A stretch of 64,000 nt of DNA from Octopus vulgaris (taxonomy: Eukaryota): NCBI GenBank assembly GCA_951406725.2, contig OX597817.1:172980001-173044000 (forward strand), given 5' to 3'. A program made the position numbers and the translations under genes. Shown here piece by piece: positions 13,101 through 26,093 of this stretch. Within the stretch, counting starts at the first letter, position 1, and every line of letters begins with the position of its first letter. The notes under the pieces are model-generated. The model did not search any database. It was given only the letters and a program-made list of their open reading frames with translations, and was not told the origin of the DNA.

Positions 13101-13287
13101 AATAATAGTAAAAGAAGTTAAACAGAACCAGCACATGTGTTTATTATTGGCACAGTGACTGTCCCAGTTTACAACAAAATCTGTTTCAACACATTGATTT
13201 CACATCAAGAATCCCACAAGCCAAACACAAAAATAAAATAATTACAGCACATGCTTCTGAGAAAGGTTTCTAATAAAAGTATCTTAC

Positions 13288-13748
13288 CTGTATGGAAGGG
13301 ATGGTATTTTCAACCACAGATATTTCACTATCTATGTCAATATCTTGGCTATCAGACTGTATCTGTTGAAGCAAAGTATCCTGTTGTAGGTCTGCTATTT
13401 GAGGAGTTAGTGACGGGTCACTATGACTATGTTCTCCGTTTAATTGCATGATTCTGTGCTGCAACTCAACAGGTGCAAAAAGGGCATCGTAGTCCGGAGA
13501 ATTCCTATTCAGGTTTGATGTGCTAAAAATATTTGGTTGACTTCCACAGAGGTTTTCAACTTCACTTTTGATACCTTTGCGTTCTCGACTCTTCCCACGT
13601 ATCCTTTCAGTGGATTTTCGAAAACTATCCCACAGCTTTTTCCGGCGACTAACAGTTGGGGGAGATGCAGTTGGTGAAAGTGTTTCATCTTTGCTTAGAT
13701 CTCCAGAACTTTTAGCTTTTCTCCCCTTTTCTTTCTTTTTTTTTGGTC
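13288..13748 (-). CDS. Internal coding exon (461 nt) of an unidentified host gene; Lys/Arg-rich start, then a Ser/Gln/Asp-rich, probably disordered region
   Basis: Unique, non-repetitive open frame (GPKKKKEKGRKAKSSGDLSKDETLSPTASPP...VVENTIPSIQ). Acceptor ttgtttacAG (AG at 13750-13749), donor CAG|GTAAGA (GT at 13287-13286). Starts in phase 1, ends in phase 0. Confidence 0.8.
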
Positions 13749-13869
13749 CTGTAAACAATAAAACACACCATCAAAATATATGATTTAATTAATAATTAAA
13801 CACATGGTTTATCAAATCTACAGAGACACACAAACAGCTCATATATTTATAATTTTTATTTATCTTCTA

Positions 13870-14391
13870 TTTTTTACTTGGTTCAGTCATTAAACTATGG
13901 CCATGCTTGGGCACTGCCTTGAAGAATTTTTAGTCAAATGAATCGACTCGAATACTTCTTTTTTTTTTTTAAGCCAAGTACTTATTCTATCAGCCACTTT
14001 TGCCAAACCACTAAGTTACGGGAGCCTAAACACACCAACATCCATTACCAAGCGATGGGCAGAGGGGGTGTTCAGCACAGGCACAGAGACACACACATAT
14101 ATATATATACTGCGGGAAGGACTGTTTCAATGAAGTCGCATCTTGTCCTTACCTTCGGAACGAGGAGTAGATGAAACAGGGACAACTGAAGAGGGGGAAT
14201 ATTCTTTATGTTGTATGTCTCGTTTCTCTGGTTTTTTTTTGTTGTTTGAAAAAAAGTTTGTTCCTATGTTTTTTTAATGTTTTCGTTTCTCATTGGGTTC
14301 AACATTTTTTTGATGTCTTGTACCCATATATGCATGTATATATACATATATATGCAGGTATGTACATATATGTATGTATATATGCATATAT

Positions 14392-14422
<31 letters not shown>

Positions 14423-14438
14423 TACACACACACACACG

Positions 14439-14470
<32 letters not shown>

Positions 14471-14660
14471 CATATATAAACATGTATATATATATATATA
14501 TACAATGAGCTTCTTTCAATTTCCATCTACCAAATCTACTTACAATGCTTTGGTCAGTCTAAGGTTATAGTAGAAACACTTGCCCTAGGTGCCATGCAGT
14601 GGGACTGAACCCAGAACAATGTGGTTGGGAAGCAAGCTTCTTACTACACAGTCACTCTTA
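13870..14660 (-). mobile_element. SINE family A with an unclassified insert (about 14110-14330) in its internal microsatellite; a second A copy follows at 14670-14960
   Basis: A tail at 13870-14090 and A head at 14505-14660 flank unrelated sequence. Confidence 0.75.
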
Positions 14661-15654
14661 TTTATTCTTATTTAAAGTCTGGTACTTATTCTATCAATCT
14701 CTTTTACTGAACCACTAAATTACAGGGACACAAACAAACCAACATCGGTTGTCAGGTGGTGGTGGAGGCAACCAAAATCACACACAAACATACATATATG
14801 CAATAGGCTTCCACACAGTTTCCATCTACCAGGTTCGCTTACATTGTACTGGTTGGCCAAGGGCTATAGTAGAAGATACTCAAAATACTACAGAGTGGGA
14901 ATGAACCTGAAACCACATGGTTGCTAAGTGAGGTTCTTAACAACACAACCAACAACCATAGCTGTACTTATTTATTTATTGTTAAACTAGATTTGTTAAC
15001 ACTAAATTCAGTCACATTTTTCTCAGTGTATCTCTTAGAACTGTACAACTGTAAATATAATATTTTTAGAAATAAATGATAGAAAAATGTATTTAAAAAA
15101 ATTAGAATTAAAAATTAAAAAATAAAAGTAACAAATGTTAAAAAAATGCTCTGGTAACAATATCCAGATTAGAACTAAAAACTGCAACTTTAAAATAGAT
15201 GAGAAAGAACAAAATTTTTAAAGGATCAGCTTTAAATGCTACTTTTATAACATAAAAGTTACCACACGGTAACTATAGCTTTTATAACTTTTGTGTGTGT
15301 GTGTTGTGGTGCACCTGAGCTCTGTATTCAATAATTTCATTATTATTATTACATAATGTCATTTATAGTATATTTCTTTCACTGTACACAACGGAGGTGA
15401 TAATATGAATCAATTTTTTTACTTCAGTAAAGTACATGGCATTTATTTTACTGACCCCAGGGAGATGAATGGCTAAACTGACACTAACCATATTTGAACT
15501 CTGAAATATGAACCATAAAACTTTGAAACAACAATTTAAGTTCTCTACACTGCGAGCTGCTCACCCTTCTCTTTTAGTACTTATAGAACTGATTTTCTCG
15601 TTTTGGTATAAGAGAAGTAAGAGTTAAAATTCCATAAGTTTTTGGAACAGTATA

Positions 15655-15868
15655 AGTGAGGGGGGCTGCTGAAAAGATCCTGGCTTTAAGAGTATCGTGA
15701 AAGGACTCGTTAGAAGCCCAACCTTTCAAATATTTTTACAGGCCTTAGAAAAGCTGGAAGATCACTGCAATAAGTGTGTGAATCTGAAAGGGGGATATGT
15801 TGAATAAAATCATAATTAACTGATTTTCTTTTATCCAAAGCCAGGAACTATTCAGCCCCCACCTCGTA
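15655..15868. mobile_element. Mariner-like MITE
   Basis: About 28-bp imperfect TIRs gaggggggctgctgaaaagatcctggcttt / aaagccaggaactattcagcccccacctcg, followed by TA; partial copy at about 38000-38163. Confidence 0.75.
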
Positions 15869-16093
15869 AATCAAATGAATTGTGTCTCCAACTCGAAATG
15901 AAAAACGATTTAAAAAAACTATTTATCTTCCTTGCTTTTTTTGTTTTGTTTTTGGACAATGCACAAAGCCTAATATTTTAAGAGAAAGGAAATGAGTTGT
16001 GAAGTTCATAGTTACAACTTTTTACAATGCAATTTGACTGAAGTTGAAATTGTCTCAACTTAAGATTCAGAAAATGACTCAGAACGATCTTAC

Positions 16094-16130
16094 CTTTTGT
16101 CTTAAGGCACTTGCCGTTTATGTTCTTCAT
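16094..16130 (-). CDS. Candidate first coding exon (MKNINGKCLKTK+G) of the same gene
   Basis: ATG at 16130 with an in-frame TGA five codons upstream. 37 nt ending AAAG|GTAAGA in phase 1, which joins in frame to the phase-1 exon at 13748 (G|GA = Gly). Confidence 0.5.
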
Positions 16131-18562
16131 TGATAAAAATATTCAGTTATGCAACAGTTGAGATGATTACTAACATATAATGTGTCTTGAGACAAATTCC
16201 TCTAAAATTATTGTATCGTGTGCTGGTAAAATATTGTATTTATCCATAAAGATACAGCTGTTTGATTGATATTAAAAAGACAGCCCAACTGTAAAATCCA
16301 CGCCAGAACACCCCTAACTACTACTACTACTACTATTATTAATGCCAGGGTGGAAAAGTTATAATAAAACGTTAGCAGAGAGTGGGATATAGTACATCAC
16401 TTTAAATAGCGCGAAGCAGACAACCAAGAAAAAATAACAATTGATTTGGAAGCAGTGTGAGAGAAGCATCAGGGAAGAAGATTCAGATAATCGATGAGCT
16501 GGTGTTGTACTCTGATCCAAAGTGAAATGAAAGGAAAAAAATAGATCACACTATCATGGGAAACACAACATTTACTAACAAGACTGAAAGGTAGCAGGTG
16601 TTTGTGAATAGTGTTTAGTAAACCAAGATAGTAAAATGGTGAAATAAAATAAAAGCAATAAAACACTAAGAGATAAAGAAACTGTTTATCTGTAGTGCAA
16701 TGCAATTACTATATAAAGGAAGTTTGAATCAATCCATAAATGTTATGATGTGGGGTGGTTAATGAAATGTATATCATATTTTCCTCTGGTTGCTGGCCAC
16801 AATAACTGTTCAGCTGGTGATTGTTTAACTGTTCAGCTGGCAGATTACTTTGTCAAATCTAATGCATTATTTATTTATATCGTTTTGAATTCATTATTTT
16901 TGCAGCTTTGAGATTTTAATGATGTGATTGTTTATTTTCAGAAATACATTGTAAGGTAGGCGTGAGAGACTGGATCTGGCTAGTTTGAATGTAAAGGAGG
17001 TAGAACATTCGGTCTCAGATACAGCTGGTTTAAATGCTAAAGGATCAAGATCTTAAGTCAACCCTGATTAACCTAACTTATATCAAAGACAATCTGGCCA
17101 TGACAATCCCATTGTTTTACAAGTATACCTCGAACAAGATTATCCAATATGTCTTGTTTTCTTGTGTGTGTGTGTGTGTGTTTTAGAGTAGGGTGTGCAT
17201 ATGTGTGTTTTAGAGTAGGGTGTGTATGAAGAAGATTTGGCTGCTATTTTTCATAAGTCAAAGAACCACAATGAGATGCCATCATTGTCATATTCAGTAA
17301 ACTGTGATCAATGCTGATGTTATTATGTTGACATGGTGACGATAACAGAAATAGATATTTGTTATTAACTTACTTTTTTTTATTCATTTACTCATTAGTG
17401 CAGTAGAGATGACTCAATCAATGTACCAGGTGTTAGTAAAATAGAAAGCAAGAAACTCACTCCAAATCCCATTCAGGTGTGATGAACATAGATATTTCAC
17501 CATTTTTGTGGCATATCAACATCACATACTTGAATTGAATCAGAGGCAAGCTGAATCACCAGTCCATGACTGTATGTAAACAGTGTAAAAAAGCCATTTG
17601 CAGGTATGCCCAGATGATGCATACATAAGGATAAATTCAAATATGAATTAGAAGTAGTACTAGTGCAGTAAATGTTATTGAATACACATGCTCAATGGAT
17701 GTGTTTTGCTTGTTTGCCACCAGGCTGCAATGTGGCATGTGTGCATGTTGCTATGGAAAAGTACTCAATATATAAAGTAGAGTTAATAATATTAATAATA
17801 AAAATAATCCTTTCTACTATAGGCACAATGCCTAGAAATTTAGGGACAACGACCAGCCAATAACACTGACTTCCAGTATTCAACTGGGACTTATTTAATC
17901 GACCCAGAATGGATGAAAGGTAAAGTCAACCTCAGCAGAATTTGAACTCAGAATATAAAGCCTGAAGAAATGTCGCTTCTACCAGCTCACTATCATGATG
18001 ATGATGATGATGATTTCTTTGACTTGCCTCAATGATGTCCAATGAACAGGACTTTACAAGAATTGTTTCTCGTTTAGGTATAGAGCCAGCACTTATTAGG
18101 GAAAGGTTTGTTAGTCAATCTCACATTATTTGACTGGTACTTTATTTTATCGATCCTTAAAGGATGAAAGAAAAGTTGAACTCAATGGTGTAGTGAAAGG
18201 GGGATTTGAACTTAGAATGCAGCAAGCTGGAATGAGTATAACAGAACATTCTCCTTGATACCAATACTTCAGCCAGTCAACCACCATATTTGTTTATGGA
18301 GTAAATTGGAATTACATATTTGTGATCATTCACTTTCAAGAGCTTTCAATTAACCTTATACTCTGGAAAAAATACCATCTTCCAGATTGATAAATCATCA
18401 GTCAATGAATCATATGTGATATTGTTTAGTCTCAGGAATTTTCAAGTTCTCTAAAGAGTTTTTTATTTTGTCAATAAGGTCTCCTAGCTTTTCTGTCATC
18501 ACAGTTACTTTGCTACTCCCAGCACAGCAAAACCAATTCTGAGAAACAAGTACCAACCTTAA

Positions 18563-18782
18563 CCCTTTCATTACTGTATTTATTTTGAGATGCTCTGTGT
18601 TTCTTTCAGTTATTTTAAGTATAACAAAGAATTTAGTAAAATAACTTAGTTATCATTAAGCTGGTGTTAGGAACATAAATTGTGACTAAGGTTTGGTGGA
18701 AAATTTTAATTCAAAACTTATGAAAACAAAACATTTGTACTCAGAGCCAGAGTTGGTTTCAGCTGGGTTGGTAATGAAAGGG
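18563..18782. mobile_element. piggyBac-like MITE
   Basis: TTAA on both sides; perfect 12-bp TIR CCCTTTCATTAC / GTAATGAAAGGG. Confidence 0.88.
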
Positions 18783-20889
18783 TTAATATTTGACTGACAC
18801 TCTTTAGCAATGTCAACTTCTTACTTTATTGACCTCAAAAAAGGAGGAAAGATAATACTGACCTCAGCAGGTCTGGTGAATCAAGTTAAGCCTTGACCCA
18901 CCAGACTTATGACCAGAGGTATTTCAGTTATAACTGTCTCATCTTTTATTTACTGATAGCGTATCTATGCTGACACTATCTAATATACCCTACCTTTATT
19001 TTGTAAATGAGGGAGGTTTAGCTGCTAATCCTAGCAGGATGAGTGACAGTATAGAAGCTCTTTCTTTGAGAGTTTGTTAATGAAATAGATACTGCTTTTT
19101 ATAAACATGAAGTGAAATGTTTATAAACATGAAGTGAAAAGTGCCTAGCAATACCCTAGACATGTAATAGTATTTAACAGCAGACCTTATTGTGTGATAA
19201 TTATTTCAGCTGTCAGCCCCTTATAATGAATATGTATACAAATTTAACAGGATTTGACCTTAGAATCATCGTCATCGTCATCAGCAGCAGTAGCAACTGC
19301 CAACTCTTGAAGTGTGGGTGGCTTTTCCAAGCTCCCTGAAGATTTTTAATTTTGTTAGTAGAGTCCCCCATTCTTTCTGACATCATAGACACTTTAATTC
19401 TTCAAATCTCTAATTTTTTTTCATCCTTTATTTCATCCTACAATCCTATGCTAATTTCCTTTTGTTGTGAAGACCCTTTTTAAAAATTTTCCTTTCTCTC
19501 TTTTCTTCCCCTTGTATCAGTTTAGTAGATAACATATTTTCTTTTTGCTGTTGTTGTTTGTTCTTTCTTGAGCCATGCCTGGCTCATAAGGGCCGGTTTC
19601 CGAGTTTCATTGGCATATAGGTTCCCCACCTGGATGGGATGCTGGTCCATAACAATTTTCTTTTTAATACCAGGCAAATTAGGGCAGCAAGTTGGCAGAC
19701 CAGTGTCCCATCCAGGTGCAGAATATATGCCATGAAACCAGGAAACCAGCCCTTCTGAGTCAGCATGACTTGAGAAGGTAACTTTTAACTTTACTTTTTT
19801 AACCCATCTTTTCTTCCTTTCCTGTTCTCATCTATAGCAAAGCACTTGTTCCATCCCCTCTATCATATTTTAGCATCTCCACACCTGGCACAAAGACACC
19901 TCTCCCAATACTGCACCTCCACTATATCAAGGGGTCTTGTCTTACAATTTAGTTGCCGGTGCCATAAAAAGAAGCACCCAGTGGACTCTGTAAAGTAGTT
20001 GGTATTAGGAAGGGCCTCCAGCAGTCATAAAAACCAAACCAAAGCAGATAATGGAGTCCAAAGCATCCCCAGGCTCGTCAGCTTCAATTGGACCATCCCA
20101 CCCATGCCAGCATAGAAAGCAGACATTAAATGATGATGCCTGTGATGATAATGATGATGCTTATGATGATGAGGAGGCTTACGATGATGACAATGATAAT
20201 GATAATGGTGATGATTGTTCACCTTTTCTTTATGATAACTTAGGAGGCAGGGCAGCACCCATAACCCTTTTCAAAGCCTCCAAGGTGGATGGGAGGAAGT
20301 TACCCTCAGGCTGAACGCCTAGCCTGATAGCAGACACTATGAAAGGCACTAATAAAAAAACAGGTAGTCATTTATATTTGAAAGGCACTAATAAAAAAAC
20401 AGGTAGTCATTTATATTTGATGATGTATTAAATGAATACAAACATTTAAAATCAAAATATGTCTCTGTCTCTTAGTTCACAAATGTTTAAATAAACTATA
20501 TTCAGTAACCTTTCTTCTCAGAGCAATAACCCCTGCAGTGGCTAAGTCAGTTGCATACAACAGCCAAGTCACTCACATTACTTGACTTGTGTTAGAGATC
20601 TGAGATTTGTGATGAAGAATTCTACTGCTTTATTGCTAGTGGTGTAAAGAAAAAAAAATGAACAATACTAAATTGTAAGCTTTTACTTATAGTGTAACAC
20701 ACAAGTAAATCTCAAGTATATATGTGCATTTGATGACTACTAGATAATTGTCATGTGCAGCCAGCTGTTGCAGCTGTGTGCATACGTGTGTGTGTGTGTG
20801 CGTGTGTGTGTGTGTGTGTGTACTCACACATACTAAGTTACAGGGAATAAACATGGACTCCACTTTTCAAAAGATGTTAATGTAGACAG

Positions 20890-20912
20890 ACACATACAAA
20901 CACACACACACA

Positions 20913-20943
<31 letters not shown>

Positions 20944-21096
20944 GCATACACACACACACACACACACATGCATACACACATGCATACACAGACACGCACA
21001 CATACACATGTGCACACACATGCAAGCACACACACATGCAAGCACACACACATGTGCACACACACACACAGCACACACACACACACACACACACAC
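20890..21096. repeat. Imperfect (CA)n tract facing a (TG)n tract at 20786-20820
   Basis: Direct reading. Confidence 0.95.
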
Positions 21097-21725
21097 GAAT
21101 GAATATGACAAGTGTCATGGATGAGAGAACAAACTTTCAATGAACCAAATCCATATTCTATTTCTCGCTTATTGTTTAACCACAGGTCAGCCTAGACGAA
21201 GCAGAACTATGACCAAAGTCATTCTTGAAGTGACCATCTCACCTTTTCAGACATGGTTTACCACAAACTACATTATGAAATATAACTTACATTGAAAAAA
21301 AAAAAAAAAATTATGACAGAGAGTGTAATTCAAGAGAGATTTGACTGCTATGACTAGCAAGTGAAGTGATCATGTCAAGTTTCTTTATTGACATGCTTAC
21401 AATCTAGTTTCATGACCTGGTAAAAGGGTTTTAATTCACTCGTTAATGCTTTCATCTCATAAAATGCACAAATGTCAATACTGACTTAATATTTCTTCTG
21501 TTTATCGAACAAAAAGTAACAAAAAGTAACAAAAAAGCCACCAGTTGCTTGTTTATTCTTGTTTTAATATTTCATAGGCATGGCTGTGTGGTTAAGGAGT
21601 TAGGTTTGCAGTCGTAGGGGCTCGTGTTCAATCCCACTCTGATATCTCAAGTAAATATTGTCTACTTTATTTAGCTTGAGCTTCAGGCCAAATAAAGCCT
21701 CGCAAGTGATATTGATACTCTTGAT

Positions 21726-22128
21726 ACTCTTTTACTTGTTTCAGTCATTTGACTGTGGCCATGCTGGAGCACCGCCTTTTAGTCAAGCAAATCGATCCCA
21801 GGAATTATTCTTTGTAGGCCTAATACTTATTCTGTCGGCTCTTTTGCCGAACCGCTAAGTTATGGGGATGTTAACACACCAGCATTGGTTGTCAGACGAT
21901 GTTGGGCGGGACAAACACAAACACACACACACACGCATACATATATATATATATATATGTACATATATACGATGGGCTTCTTTCAGTTTCCATCTACCAA
22001 ATCCACTCACAAGGCTTTGGTCGGCCTGAGGCTATAGTAGAAGACACTTGCCCAAAGTGCCACGCAGTGGGACTGAACCCAGAACCATGTGGTTGGTAAG
22101 CAAGCTACTTACCACACAGTCTCTCCTA
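21726..22128 (-). mobile_element. SINE family A, full length
   Basis: Head, core and tail all present. Confidence 0.9.
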
Positions 22129-22184
22129 CTGTGTGTGTGTGTGTGTGTGTATGTGCATATATATGTACATGCATGTGTGCATAT

Positions 22185-22451
22185 CACTAGCGTAGCTAGA
22201 GTGTGTGCTGACCAGGGTAGCCGTTCCGTTTGCCATCCCCAGACCCCACAAAAAACACATATTGCCTACAGCAGACCCAAAAACTGTGCATTTCCAGTAG
22301 TTCATTTCTTTTTTTTTTTTTATAAAAATCAGGAATTATCACATACCATACTATTTCAATGCAATCTATTCTGGCTTATAGCCTACAACAGGATGAAAAG
22401 TGCCACCCAGGGTGGACTGCCCATGCCACCACCACCCCAGCCACACTAGTG
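22185..22451. mobile_element. hAT-like MITE
   Basis: TIR CACTAGCGTAGCT / AGCCACACTAGTG; 8-bp flanks gtgcatat / gtgtgtat (6/8). Confidence 0.65.
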
Positions 22452-23273
22452 GTGTGTATCCAAGCATGCATGTGTGTGCCTTTAATGTCTTTAAAAAGTG
22501 GAGTTAGAGTTTATGCACCTTCACAGTGGAATGTAAACATTCATGAAGACATGTGTATGCATGCATACACACAAACACACACATATATTTACGATAGGTT
22601 TTATACCAACCACATTCACTCACAAGTAATAGCTTGACCCAGGGCTACAGTAGAAGATGCTTGCTGCATAATGGGAAAAATATTACTATCATACACACAC
22701 ACACATCAGATACTCACTCACACACAATGACCATTTTTACATTTTCCTGCCTTCAAAAACTACATTCTCTATTTCTCACAAACTTCTGGTCATTTACTTT
22801 TTGGCCATGTAATAACACAAGCTTTTTCTCCAGATTATCTGCTCCCTCCTCCTTTTCCACTTCTCTGGACTTTTTCCTTTATCCGATGAAGAGTCATGCC
22901 TGAAAACTTTTGTTAATCTAATATATTCACCATGTACATCCAATTGACTTTTGTAGCTTTTTTCCTGTTATTCTTTTTGTTCATGAATTTGCCTGTGTGT
23001 GTGTGTGTGTGTGTGCGAGTACGTGCTCTTTTTTTACCTTTACAAATAATTGCTGCATGATGGAACAAAGGCTTCCACCATACAGCAATTAGCATTCATT
23101 TAAGAAGCATTCACGGTAGACAAATCTAAACAGACATGCTTATTAAATATTAAACTTTTCACTTTGTCAACATCAGGTTGAATCAGAAATCGGTTTAAAT
23201 AATAATAATAATAATAATAATAATTGTGTACAGTGCTCAGGTGCACTACAACTCATCTAAAGTGTATATATAA

Positions 23274-26037
23274 TCAGGTGAAGTTTCGGCGGATTTCGGA
23301 AAGCATGAGGGCCTTAAAAGATGCAGTGTCATGGCAGTCAACAACTGACGCAGGCAGTTTATTCCATGCTTCAGCAACTCTGAGCGTGAAAAAATGTTTC
23401 CGAAAGTCATGGGAGCTGTATTGTTTTCTGACTTTGTAGGCATGTCCACGTGTGTTAGACACATGGAGATCAAAAAGGTGTTCAGTGTTGTTGTTGGTGA
23501 GGTGGTTGATAACTTTGTGGGTGTTTACCAAGTCCGTCGCCAAACGCCGGAGCTTCAGTGAATCCATGCCCAGGGAAACAAGGCGCTCAGAATATGGTAG
23601 GTGTCTGATGGAGGGTATGCGTTTGGTTGCACGTCTCTGGACAGATTCCAGGAGGTCAATGTTCTGTGCAAGATAGGGGTTCCAAACTGATGATGCGAAT
23701 TCCAAGTGTGGTCGTACCATAGCTGTATACAGTTTTAAATAGATGGCTGGAGAGCGGCTAACAAAAGACCTGCTGAGTGATGCCAAGACACCCTCGGCCT
23801 TCCTGACAATCTTAGAGATATGCTTTGACCAACGCAAATCACTGCTGACAGTGATGCCTAGGTCACGCTCGCAAGAGGATTTCTTGATATCAGTGTTGTG
23901 GAGGGAGTATGTGAACGCAGGGTTTTTCTCCCAAAATGCATGGTGGTACACTTGTCCACAGCCAGTTTCAGTTGCCAGTCTGTGATCCATTGCTGCATTG
24001 TGTCTAGGTCGGATTGCAGGAAAGAGTTGTAGACATCAGGATCTGTCCTCTTGATTTCAAGGTACAGCTTGATGTCGTCTGCATATTTCAATACTGTGGC
24101 ATTCTTTAAATTGGCATCTATGTCGTTAATGTATGCCACAAACAAGAGGGGGCCAAGGACAGATCCCTGTGGTACACCCGATGACATCTCATATGGTGTA
24201 GAGTGCTGTCCTAGAACTGTGACTACCTCCTTTCGGCTGAGGATGAAGGATTTCAACCAGTTAAAAAGGTCATCCCCCACACCCATTGCAGAGAGTTTCA
24301 CCATAAGCCTTTTGTGTGGCACAGAGTTGAAAGCCTTAGCAAAGTCAAGGTAGACAACATCCACCCATGAGCCACTGTCAGTAATCTGAGTAATGTCCTC
24401 AAGGAACTCGACAAGCTGGTCACTGCAGCTGGAGTTAGGGACAAATCCATATTGTGAGGGTCGGATGAGACTGTGAGAGCTCCAGAAGTTCCAGAGTGTT
24501 TCTCTGACACACGATTCCATCAGTTTTGCAATACAGCTAGTGAGACTGACTGGGCGATAGTTGACAGGTGATGTGCGGTCGCCCTTTTTGAACAGAGGAA
24601 TGACACTGGCAGTTTTCCACTGCTCCGGAGTAGCACCATTGTTGAGACAGTACTGGAAGAAAATAGAAAGCTGGTGTAAAAGGAAGTGCCTGCCACGTTT
24701 GAGAAGCAGGTATGTAACTCCATCGAGACCAGGGGAGGCATAGTTGCGCTTATTTTGAAGGTGACGTCGCAGCATTGCAGGTGTAAATTCCATAGTTGTT
24801 ATGGAGTTTGCTGTTAGTGATGGTGAAGATGGTACATTTTGACTTTCAACAGTGAATATGTTTGCATAGCACTCGGCAATGAGTTCTGCGCATTCCTTGG
24901 GGTCGTCAGTGATCTGGTTTGTGTGAGGGTTGCGAAGAGGGCCCACTGGAGAGTGAGGTCTCTGCTTTGAGTGCACATATTTCCAGAAAACCTTGCTGTC
25001 AGGATTGGCTGCTATGCACTGTTCAAATTCAAGCACTGCTTTTTTTGTCACTTGCTTGAGATGGTTGGAGGATTTATTCCGCTTCTTCCTGTTGGTGTCT
25101 GATTTATGCAACCTGTATTCCCGTTCAGCAGTCCGACGTTCCCTCCTGGCAAGTCGGACCGCTGAAGTTTCCCAAATTGCCCTTTTGGGGCGGTTCTTCT
25201 TTTTTGTTTACGTGGCACTGATGCTGCACATGCTGCCCATATTGAGTCCAGGATACTCTGGAGTATAGTATTCACATCTCCAGAGTTGTAGAATTCACGC
25301 CAGTTTGGGTGCTGTAGTTCAGTGTGGTACAGGTTCCAATCTGCTCTCTTCCAATCGAAGGAAGCAGATTGGAGATGGTTCAGGTTTTTGTTGCCCGCAA
25401 GAGCCAGATTGGCGATGATCATAGCATGATCAGAGTCACCTAGAGGTTCCTCCGTAGTGCAATTGATAACCGCTTCAGGAGTTGTGGTGAAGAGCAGGTC
25501 CAAGGTGTTGTCGCCTCTTGTTGGAGAGGTGACTACTTGTGACCAGTTTGAGTCCAGCACAAGCTCAACAAAATCGTTTGCACTCTGTGGCCAATGGAAG
25601 GTCTCCCAATCGATCTCAGGATGATTGAAATCGCCTGCAATAAACACATAAGTGGCTGTTTTCCTGGCAGCAGCTCGGAGGACATTGCAAAGCTGTGTGT
25701 CCCGATGGTAACTTGGGGGACGATAAACAACGCCAAGCAGGAGTGTTGACATGGTCATACGCACGTCACAGAAAAAAACTTCTTCTTGTGATTCGTTCAA
25801 ATCGGCACAAGGAATTACCAAAAAATTTGAACGAACGTAGACCATCACACCACCACCACGGCGGTTAGTGCGGTCCTTACGGAAGAGGTTGTACCCCGTA
25901 ATGTTGAAAACCCCATCACAGAGTAAGGAATGCGCCCATGTTTCCGTGACAGTGATGAAGTCAGGGTCAACACTTCTGACGTAGGCGTTGAACAAATGTA
26001 TTTTGTTGCATAAACTGCGAGCATTTAAGGACAACAA
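23274..26037 (-). pseudogene. LINE ORF2 (APE endonuclease + reverse transcriptase), about 921 aa if two 1-nt frameshifts are corrected
   Basis: Motifs LSLNARSL, VTETW, GGGV, VYRPP, AGDFN, LDLLFT, SDH (APE); NYRPVSLT, YLDFAKAF, GVPQGSVLGP, KYADD (RT); ERDLG, VRPHLEF, ESVQRRATK, NTRGH (CR1-type C-terminus). Frame breaks in A-runs near 25200-25205 and 23923-23927; no internal stops. Confidence 0.93.
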
Positions 26038-26093
26038 TTTGTACCCTGCTCGCAGTTTATGATGGTGTGTAGAGGATGGCAGGTTGTTCTGGC

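Noticed and set aside
13288-13748. Assigning the exon to an MCTP-like gene from the SQPNI motif
   Set aside because: A five-residue resemblance from memory is not enough, and no C2 domain exon is visible in the window.
20340-20420. 39-bp direct duplication
   Set aside because: Simple local duplication with no further structure.
22790-22900. Possible minus-strand exon after ttttcAG (HDSSSDKGKSPEKWKRRREQ...)
   Set aside because: All frames stop quickly unless a weak donor is used; no phase-compatible support.
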